The notes under the pieces are model-generated. The model was given only the letters and a program-made list of their open reading frames with translations, ran no database searches and was not told the origin of the DNA. A stretch of 64,000 nt of DNA from a virus, in IMG/VR virus record IMGVR_UViG_3300017917_004266, positions 28,990 through 92,989 of that record; one strand, 5' to 3'. Shown in pieces: positions 52,059 through 58,972 of the stretch (position 1 is the stretch's first letter; each line of letters starts with the position of its first letter). The translations under genes and the position numbers were made by a program.

Positions 52059-52952
52059 TTAAAAATTACTAAAATAATTATTAAGAAAACTAAATATGGC
52101 TAAAATCATTATTGGCCCAAATGCACCAACTCGCATAAATACTATAATACCAATATGTAAAAGTATACCTAAGATTATACCTATTGGTCTAAATTCAGAT
52201 ATAAAAAATAATGGAAAAGCCATATATTCAAAAATTATTGTTGCCCACGTTAATAATTTTAAACTAAAATCTAAATATTTATTTAAAGGCAATTTAAAAT
52301 ATATTTTTCTACCATATGTTGCATGATAAATAACTTTTTTAATAGCATATCCGCTTAACCATTCGTCATATTTTAATTTAACCATCGCAGAAAATAAATA
52401 CATCATACATATATTTATTTGGAGCAATCTAATTGTCCAACCATTTATAAAATCAAGATTTGATGCTATGCCTAAAATATTATCTATAGAATATCTTGAA
52501 CCACAATCTATAAATATAAGAGATATTAACATGAATCTTATAACTACATCTCCAGCAGTACTAATTATTGGGTGTATTCTATTTTGAATTGATATAAAAC
52601 TTATTGTAAAAATAATTAATGATATATTTGTAAACAATCCTATAATTGAAGTTATTCCAAAAATAAAAAATAAAATAAAAATTATTTTATGAAATAATTT
52701 AGAATGTGGAAATATATTAAATAATGATAGATGAGGATATGTATTTTTATCAACATATAAATAATTTTTACCATCAAAAATACCATCTGGTTTTGAAAAA
52801 TTCCAAATGTCTCTTATCATTGATAAAAACCATAAAATTGGAAAACTACAATATGTAATTCTTAAAAAAGATGCAAAAGAAGTATGTATATTATATCCAA
52901 GAAAAAAATTACATATATCCTGTATTTGCATTGTATACTCCAAACCATTCAA
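52059..52952 (-). CDS. HTTM-domain membrane protein (SdpB/gamma-carboxylase N-terminal-like)
   Basis: Multi-TM; YSID, RLLQ..MYLFSAMVKL..WLSG, TIIFE, LHIGI. Confidence 0.8.
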   Translation of the reverse strand: MNGLEYTMQIQDICNFFLGYNIHTSFASFLRITYCSFPILWFLSMIRDIWNFSKPDGIFDGKNYLYVDKNTYPHLSLFNIFPHSKLFHKIIFILFFIFGITSIIGLFTNISLIIFTISFISIQNRIHPIISTAGDVVIRFMLISLIFIDCGSRYSIDNILGIASNLDFINGWTIRLLQINICMMYLFSAMVKLKYDEWLSGYAIKKVIYHATYGRKIYFKLPLNKYLDFSLKLLTWATIIFEYMAFPLFFISEFRPIGIILGILLHIGIIVFMRVGAFGPIMILAIFSFLNNYFSNF

Positions 52953-53472
52953 ATATAATATTAAAATGTAAAGGTTTTAATCTTTTTTCAACTGTTTCTT
53001 TTGCTTCAAAAGAAGAATATGTAACTTCTTCTATTTTCAAATATAAAAGTATTTCATTTTTATTTTTATAAAATTCCTTTAAAGATTTAAGGAAATAATT
53101 ATTTATAAATTTAAGATCTAAAAATAAATATTTAACTGCTAATGAATATCTTGCTCTTTTTGAATTTATTTTAATTAGACCAATTTCTTTATTTTCTTTT
53201 AAATACCATATATTTTTACTTTGGGCAGTTTGAGCTGTTATTTTTATATCAGTAAAACTATCTCCAATTATATCAAACATATTTGATGTTGTACTTAATT
53301 CTAATAAATCAATAAATTGTTCAATCTTTTTATAAATAAATTTACCTTTTTCGTTTTTATCAAATTTAATAATTTCTAATGGTCCGATTATTTCCCCATT
53401 TATACATATCCAAGAAAAAAGATTAAATAATATAAATATTATTTTAAATATAAGAAAAAAAAATTCCATCAT
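52909..53472 (-). CDS. Membrane-anchored partner of the HTTM protein (SdpA-like position)
   Basis: N-terminal TM; overlaps HTTM gene start. Confidence 0.4.
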   Translation of the reverse strand: MMEFFFLIFKIIFILFNLFSWICINGEIIGPLEIIKFDKNEKGKFIYKKIEQFIDLLELSTTSNMFDIIGDSFTDIKITAQTAQSKNIWYLKENKEIGLIKINSKRARYSLAVKYLFLDLKFINNYFLKSLKEFYKNKNEILLYLKIEEVTYSSFEAKETVEKRLKPLHFNIIFEWFGVYNANTGYM

Positions 53473-53515
53473 AAATTATAATTATAATAAATTTTATTAT
53501 CTAATTTTTATATTG

Positions 53516-53610
53516 TGACAATTTGTCAAAAATTTAAGTTATAATAATATGTCATTTTGTCTCTATTTAATATTTTTATATCTGTAGAAAGTTGGCATAT
53601 ATCTTGCATA
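53516..53610 (+). promoter_or_regulatory. Sigma54-type promoter with upstream inverted repeat
   Basis: TGGCATATATCTTGCA (GG 53594-5, GC 53606-7, N10); TGACA-ATT-TGTCA at 53516-28 and TGTCATTTTGTC at 53550-61. Confidence 0.7.
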
Positions 53611-53638
53611 TAAATAATACAAAGGAGGTATAAAAACT

Positions 53639-53995
53639 ATGCTATTAACATTAAGAAATGGACATAGACCATTAGATATATTTGAAAATATATTTAATGA
53701 TTCTATATTTAATTACGATAAAGAGTATTCTGACTTTGTATTAGAAAATGATCAATATTCCCTTGAAATTCCTCTCGCAGGATTCAAAAAAGAAAATATT
53801 GATGTTACTACAAATCAAGAATATCTAACAGTTAGGGCTACAAGAAAAGAAGGCAAAGTAAAGTATGAGAAGTCTTTTTACTTGCCAAGAAAGGTAGATC
53901 TTTCAGAGGTAAAAGCAAAGCATGAAGATGGTTTGCTTTTAATTACCTTTGGTAAAGAAAATAAAAAATTACAAAATAAAATAAAAATAGACTAA
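53639..53995 (+). CDS. hsp20: Small heat shock protein (Hsp20/alpha-crystallin)
   Basis: LEIPLAGFKKENIDV, FYLP..VD..VKAKHEDGLLLI; SD AAAGGAGG. Confidence 0.92.
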   Translation: MLLTLRNGHRPLDIFENIFNDSIFNYDKEYSDFVLENDQYSLEIPLAGFKKENIDVTTNQEYLTVRATRKEGKVKYEKSFYLPRKVDLSEVKAKHEDGLLLITFGKENKKLQNKIKID

Positions 53996-54002
53996 TAATA
54001 AT

Positions 54003-54033
54003 CTTAGCGTCAAGTTCAATCCTTGGCGCTAAG
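54003..54033. terminator. 12-bp hairpin after hsp20 (possible terminator or processing site)
   Basis: CTTAGCGTCAAG-TTCAATC-CTTGGCGCTAAG with one G.U pair; no clear U tract. Confidence 0.55.
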
Positions 54034-54047
54034 TGTAATAGTTTTAT

Positions 54048-54122
54048 ATGACTATTTCTTCTGTATTAATTTGTGTTGCTGTTTTTGTTTATATATTCTA
54101 TTTAGAAGCTAGAATTAAATAA
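54048..54122 (+). CDS. 24-aa hydrophobic micropeptide (not in ORF track)
   Basis: MTISSVLICVAVFVYIFYLEARIK*, ATG 9 nt after AGTGTAA; fills the gap exactly. Confidence 0.5.
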   Translation: MTISSVLICVAVFVYIFYLEARIK

Positions 54123-54389
54123 TTATTTATCAAGATAATTTTTAATGTTTTCTATTAATTTTTTTCTTTTTCTACGTTCTAATACGGTTATAAATGTAGC
54201 TACTGATATTGGAAAAAATATTCTAAGAAAAAATTGCATATGATCTTCTTTTGTTAATAGATCAAAATAATTAATATAAAGATCACTCATACCCCAAAGA
54301 GTAAAGAGCATAGCTGGAATAAATATAATAAAGAAAACTTTATCGTAATATTTTAAATTATTCCACCAATTTAATATTTTATTAAACAT
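54123..54389 (-). CDS. Small two-TM membrane protein
   Basis: Two hydrophobic segments and basic tail; AGTGTAA upstream. Confidence 0.6.
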   Translation of the reverse strand: MFNKILNWWNNLKYYDKVFFIIFIPAMLFTLWGMSDLYINYFDLLTKEDHMQFFLRIFFPISVATFITVLERRKRKKLIENIKNYLDK

Positions 54390-54399
54390 AACATACTCT

Positions 54400-54406
54400 T
54401 TACACT
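54400..54406 (-). promoter_or_regulatory. AGTGTAA motif
   Basis: 10 nt before ATG at 54389. Confidence 0.6.
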
Positions 54407-54722
54407 AGTATGGAGTAGCTAATGGAGGATTAAAATTACTCATAACTGGAGGGATTTGATTATCTATATTAGATTGTTCTTTACCACTTGATGTATCTAA
54501 TTCGACACTTAATGCTTCATCTATATTTAATTCTTTATCTCCTACATTAAACATTGTAGTTTTTCCATCCATTTCTACTATTACTGGAGAAGTATGTCCA
54601 TCTATACTTAAAAGAATTTCACCTTTATTATTTCTTTTTAATGAAACTTTAATTTGATTTTCTGTATAACAATAAGTTGTTAAAACTATTGCAGCTAATA
54701 TTATTAATAATATTTTTTTCAT
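54405..54722 (-). CDS. Small secreted protein
   Basis: MKKILLIILAAIVL signal-like N-terminus. Confidence 0.6.
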   Translation of the reverse strand: MKKILLIILAAIVLTTYCYTENQIKVSLKRNNKGEILLSIDGHTSPVIVEMDGKTTMFNVGDKELNIDEALSVELDTSSGKEQSNIDNQIPPVMSNFNPPLATPY

Positions 54723-54958
54723 TTCTTAAATTCTCCTGCGGCAGTTTGAATATCTAATTTATTTGCTGTTTCTTTTACTGCTATTGATCCTAATAAAGTA
54801 ACGATCAATAAAAATACTAATGCTAAAGAATAATATGTTTTTTCTTCTGCTTTCTTTTTGGCTCTATATTGATGAAAATTATATATAAATTTTTCTGTTT
54901 GTTCAGAAGTTGGAACATAATAAGTTTCTTTTAATAAAGTTTTCAATCTATTATCCAT
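54719..54958 (-). CDS. Small single-TM protein
   Basis: 79 aa, one TM, coupled to the PEP-CTERM gene. Confidence 0.55.
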   Translation of the reverse strand: MDNRLKTLLKETYYVPTSEQTEKFIYNFHQYRAKKKAEEKTYYSLALVFLLIVTLLGSIAVKETANKLDIQTAAGEFKK

Positions 54959-56885
54959 TTCTTCTCAATCTCCTAGCGAATAATAAAATAGCAGAACCAA
55001 ATACTAAAAGACCAAATGGAGAAGGCTCTGGTATTATGTTGACAGTTGATATATAGCCAAGAGTAGAGTCAGCTAATGTAGCTTGACTTGTATTTACAGA
55101 ATAAGAAACATCTTGAGAACCTGTTCTTGTTAAGAACTCATTATATGTTTCATATGTTAAGCCATTGAATGTTAATGTTCCAAAGCCGCTTTGAAAATAC
55201 ATATTATAAGTTGCATTTGCTATATCACTATTAAAATCATTAACATTAAAAAATCCAGCTTGAAATGTAGAGTTTAAACTACTAAGTAAATTATTATACA
55301 TTAAATTATAAGCGTTTGAATTTAAATATAGATTAACAATATTTGCAGATGTTAATGCTACTGTAAATGGCGGAGTATTTGTTATTTTTAATACGTCATT
55401 ATTATAAGATGTACCATTATGCAGTAAGTCGCTAGTAATCTCAAATGCGAAGCTCATTCCCCCACTTGGGTCTACTGCTCCTACGGTTAGTAATCCTGGA
55501 CTATTTCCTGGACTTACAATAGCATCTCCACCAATTGTACCAGCAATAATTCCATTTCCATTTAATGTTGTGCCTGTATTATTTGCGCTTAGAGAAGTTC
55601 CTTTGTATATAAAAACATTTCCTGTTCCAAAAGCAGATCCATTAGTATTGTTTACGCTAATATTCCAACCTGTTCCACTAGAATTAAAATATGTGTTTCC
55701 AGAATATGTACTAGCGCCATTAAATGCCATTGTCCTGCCTCCTACAGAACTTGAACTATTTGTAAATATTAAGCCTGTACTGCTATTAACAAATCCTCCA
55801 TAAATGGTAGTAGAGTTATCTACTTTGATAGATCTAGTAGCATTATTTAAATCAATACTACCACCAAGAATATTTGCCCAACTTAATCCTCCAATAGTGA
55901 CATCTCCATTTAACAAAATATTATTATTAATCATTCTAACTGCATCGCTATTGTCTCCTATGCTTTGGCTCTGGCCAAATGTTGAGCCTTGATTGAGTAC
56001 AAGTCTTGCAGTACCAAATGCGTTTTTATTAGCATATCCTAATTGTCCATATACATTAATATCTCCTGTAACAGTATTGCTTCCTCTTAATTCTACAAGG
56101 CCTGTGTTAGCGCTTTCATTGATAGATAGCGCTCCATCTGCAGATGAAGTAATGTCGCCAGTAACAATTAATGCTCTGCTAGTAGATGACCCTGTGCCGA
56201 GAATAAGTCTAGAGCCATTATTAATAGTAATATTACCATTAATTCTATTTGTTGTAGAAGAGTCTGTGATAGAAACTACTACGTAACCTGTACCTGTAGT
56301 AGCTATTGTCATAGGCACATTCACGACTGTCGAAATAGCGTTTGATGCTAATCCTATTCTAGAATTTACTCCAGTAGATGCATCTGTATTACCTACAATA
56401 GTTAGTAATGAGCCTACTCCACCATTAATAGGACCCGTAACTCCCAATGTCGCTCCCGAAGACCCCCAATTTAAATTTATTCCTGCACCTAAAGTAATGC
56501 CATTTGTGCTTCTAATATATCTATTTTGTGAAGATGTAGTTCCACTATTCCAAAAAGTATAACCAGAAGAATTTACTTGAACATTATTTGCGTATACAGT
56601 ACTACTACTTAAAGTAACTTGACCAGCTATTCCTTGAAATATAGCTACATTAGTTGGTCCCGTTCCCGCGCTTGTCCAACCTCCAGATACCGTTGTAGTT
56701 GTTCCATTAATATCTGTAGACCATGTTGTTCCTGTAGTAGTCCAATTTCCAGTACCACCAACTCCAGAAGTTGTACCATTAACATCCCAATATAATGTTG
56801 CAGCTTTTACATTTGAGCATAAAAAAACCGCAATTAAACTTGCGGCTGTATTTTTTAGTAACCTTTTAAATAGGTTTATTTTCAT
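54951..56885 (-). CDS. PEP-CTERM surface protein with autotransporter-like beta-strand repeats
   Basis: Signal peptide then ATLYWD..G.GNW; GSNTVTG, GASTYSGNT, SPGNSPGLLT; C-terminal IPEPS-TM-RRLRR. Confidence 0.9.
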   Translation of the reverse strand: MKINLFKRLLKNTAASLIAVFLCSNVKAATLYWDVNGTTSGVGGTGNWTTTGTTWSTDINGTTTTVSGGWTSAGTGPTNVAIFQGIAGQVTLSSSTVYANNVQVNSSGYTFWNSGTTSSQNRYIRSTNGITLGAGINLNWGSSGATLGVTGPINGGVGSLLTIVGNTDASTGVNSRIGLASNAISTVVNVPMTIATTGTGYVVVSITDSSTTNRINGNITINNGSRLILGTGSSTSRALIVTGDITSSADGALSINESANTGLVELRGSNTVTGDINVYGQLGYANKNAFGTARLVLNQGSTFGQSQSIGDNSDAVRMINNNILLNGDVTIGGLSWANILGGSIDLNNATRSIKVDNSTTIYGGFVNSSTGLIFTNSSSSVGGRTMAFNGASTYSGNTYFNSSGTGWNISVNNTNGSAFGTGNVFIYKGTSLSANNTGTTLNGNGIIAGTIGGDAIVSPGNSPGLLTVGAVDPSGGMSFAFEITSDLLHNGTSYNNDVLKITNTPPFTVALTSANIVNLYLNSNAYNLMYNNLLSSLNSTFQAGFFNVNDFNSDIANATYNMYFQSGFGTLTFNGLTYETYNEFLTRTGSQDVSYSVNTSQATLADSTLGYISTVNIIPEPSPFGLLVFGSAILLFARRLRRNG

Positions 56886-56891
56886 ATTTCC

Positions 56892-57425
56892 TTACTCCTT
56901 TTTAAGTTCATCTAATTTAATAGACACCTCTGGTTTAATTTCGTTCATTTTTTTTTCTTTTAATCTTTGCACATATATCCAATCATCTGCAAAAAATCCT
57001 TCTTTAATTATTATACCATAAGTTTTAGTAACATATAATTTTATTTTTTCTTGATATTCATTTTTATTTCCAGCAGAAGCAATTGGCATTGTTCCCCAGT
57101 TTGGGTCATACATCCATAATGAATTAGCATATTCAAATATTGTTACGGCATGCCCAATTATCATATCTGGATCATCTTTATAAGAATATGTAAAACAATA
57201 TATAGTATTCCAAACTTCTGTATGTGTTTTAAGATAAAAATTACATTTAGAAGCCCAAATTAAAGAATCAACAAAACAAGAATTGGGTATATTAGTTACA
57301 GATGTATAATATTTAAAATTAAATCCCCATTTAAAGAAAAACCACCAAGATATTATTATCGCAACTCCAACTAATATTAGTTTTGATCTACCAAACCATT
57401 TTTTAATTTTCTTTTTGATTTTCAA
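56892..57425 (-). CDS. Membrane-anchored papain/transglutaminase-like protein
   Basis: N-terminal TM; NSC..GHAV..WMYDP Cys-His-Asp order. Confidence 0.5.
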   Translation of the reverse strand: MKIKKKIKKWFGRSKLILVGVAIIISWWFFFKWGFNFKYYTSVTNIPNSCFVDSLIWASKCNFYLKTHTEVWNTIYCFTYSYKDDPDMIIGHAVTIFEYANSLWMYDPNWGTMPIASAGNKNEYQEKIKLYVTKTYGIIIKEGFFADDWIYVQRLKEKKMNEIKPEVSIKLDELKKE

Positions 57426-58479
57426 TCTTTTTAAGTTGAATTTCTGTTTTTCCTAAAAGGTCACCTTTTTTCCAAGTTGATCCATCATTTGTACATTCAT
57501 AAACTACTCCATAACCCATATCTTCTGGAAGTTCTCTAATTTCTTTTACTGTGCCTTCGCTGCCGTAATGTTTGCACATGGCATTAATGTTTTTAACTTT
57601 ATCTCCTATATCAAACATACAATGATGATCCATTGGTTGACATATCATTTCTTGAGCTTGAGCTTCTTCTTTATTAAACATTACATAATTGTGGATTGTA
57701 ATAATATAATCTTCTGCGAGCGCAGCCATTTGTTGTAAGAATGGCTCTGTTAGATTTTCTTTAACTATTGGATCTTCTAGCTTATTCAAAATATTTTGCG
57801 CATGAACTTGAATTGAAGTAATTGAACCAACAATCATTTCATAAAAATCTTCTTTATAATCTTGTAGTTCTTCCTCTGGGCTTTCAATTTCTTCTACGTT
57901 ATTTAATTCTGCAGTCATTAATTCGTTTTGATCAAATTCTGTTTCGCCATCCCATTCATATTCTTCGTTTAAATAATCATTAGCTTGTGCTTTTTTAATG
58001 GCTTCTTCTGTTGGACGATCTGGAGAACCTGGCCTTGCTGGACGATAATTCTTTCCCATTCTTTTCTTTTTTTGTTGAATGTTATACCATAAACCCTTAT
58101 TTTTAGCTTGAACATCTACTTCTAGTGTTATTTCTTCTTCTAAATTTTGAACTGATCCACAATTTGGTTTACCACATGATCCTGTGATTTTACTAACTGG
58201 TTTAGCACTCCACATTTTACAACTCCAATAATTTGCTTTCCATTTTGGACCAGGATTACTACAGCCATGTCTAGATCTATATGCTTTTCTTCTTTCTGGA
58301 TTATCTCTTTTAATTGACATATTTGGATCACCAAAAGTAACTTTTACAATATTACCTTTATCATTTTTAACATAAACACCAAATTTCTTTTTGCTTCCTT
58401 TTGGAAGTCTAAATGGTTTATTTAATGGTGCTTTACCTTTTTTGACTGCTTTTAATTGTTCAGAAAAATCTATTTCCAT
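57403..58479 (-). CDS. Modular phage protein (possible internal head protein)
   Basis: Basic module KVTFGDPNM..RSRHGC..YWSC, GLWYNI..RPTEEA module, acidic linker, C-terminal SH3-like GDKVKNIN..HYGSEG. Confidence 0.55.
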   Translation of the reverse strand: MEIDFSEQLKAVKKGKAPLNKPFRLPKGSKKKFGVYVKNDKGNIVKVTFGDPNMSIKRDNPERRKAYRSRHGCSNPGPKWKANYWSCKMWSAKPVSKITGSCGKPNCGSVQNLEEEITLEVDVQAKNKGLWYNIQQKKKRMGKNYRPARPGSPDRPTEEAIKKAQANDYLNEEYEWDGETEFDQNELMTAELNNVEEIESPEEELQDYKEDFYEMIVGSITSIQVHAQNILNKLEDPIVKENLTEPFLQQMAALAEDYIITIHNYVMFNKEEAQAQEMICQPMDHHCMFDIGDKVKNINAMCKHYGSEGTVKEIRELPEDMGYGVVYECTNDGSTWKKGDLLGKTEIQLKKIENQKEN

Positions 58480-58491
58480 AATCTCTTTATT

Positions 58492-58498
58492 TTACACT
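58492..58498 (-). promoter_or_regulatory. AGTGTAA motif
   Basis: 12 nt before ATG at 58479. Confidence 0.6.
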
Positions 58499-58504
58499 TT
58501 TTAT

Positions 58505-58533
58505 TTGACAAAATACTAATAAAAACTTAATAT
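58505..58533 (+). promoter_or_regulatory. Sigma70-like promoter upstream of structured RNA
   Basis: TTGACA-17-TAATAT. Confidence 0.65.
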
Positions 58534-58540
58534 AGTATTA

Positions 58541-58845
58541 AATAGCTTCCTAATAAAGCAGTTTTGTGGATAGTCAAATAAATCCTCTAATATCTTAGCC
58601 TTGCGATGGCAACGTCTATCAGGCTGACGACCATTAAAAATTCACTTGTTTAAAAGCTTGTGATGAAATGTAGGTGTAAGGGATGGCAAAATGTAAAGGA
58701 ATAACCTACCGCGTTCCTATAAATGCCATAGCCATCTTCAGAAGAAATGCTGAAGATAAAGGAGTCAAAAGAAAAGTTGGCGAAGATATTAAATAAAATC
58801 TTATAAAATATATTTTTATGAGGTAAAGCCTGTTAGGATATCAAA
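58541..58845 (+). ncRNA. Candidate ~300-nt structured ncRNA of unknown family
   Basis: ORF-free GC-enriched island with nested stems and a pseudoknot (see findings). Confidence 0.65.
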
Positions 58846-58972
58846 GAAAAGTTATTATTTCATACACTTGATTAAATTTTTTTTATAAATGTTAATAAAA
58901 TTTTATTTTTTTCTTTTTTATATCTTAAATAAGATGTAACATAAGTATCTCGTAAATACGAAAGGTTTTATA

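Noticed and set aside
54003-54033. tRNA gene suggested by GTTCAATCC
   Set aside because: Only one hairpin; no D or anticodon arm and no cloverleaf
55570-56286. Three consecutive + strand ORFs opposite the PEP-CTERM gene
   Set aside because: Antisense shadows of a GC-richer gene; no start signals
3639-58334. Other short nested or antisense ORFs in the track (e.g. 3639, 9728, 11213, 14359, 48129, 50295, 58140)
   Set aside because: They overlap well-supported genes and have no recognisable motifs
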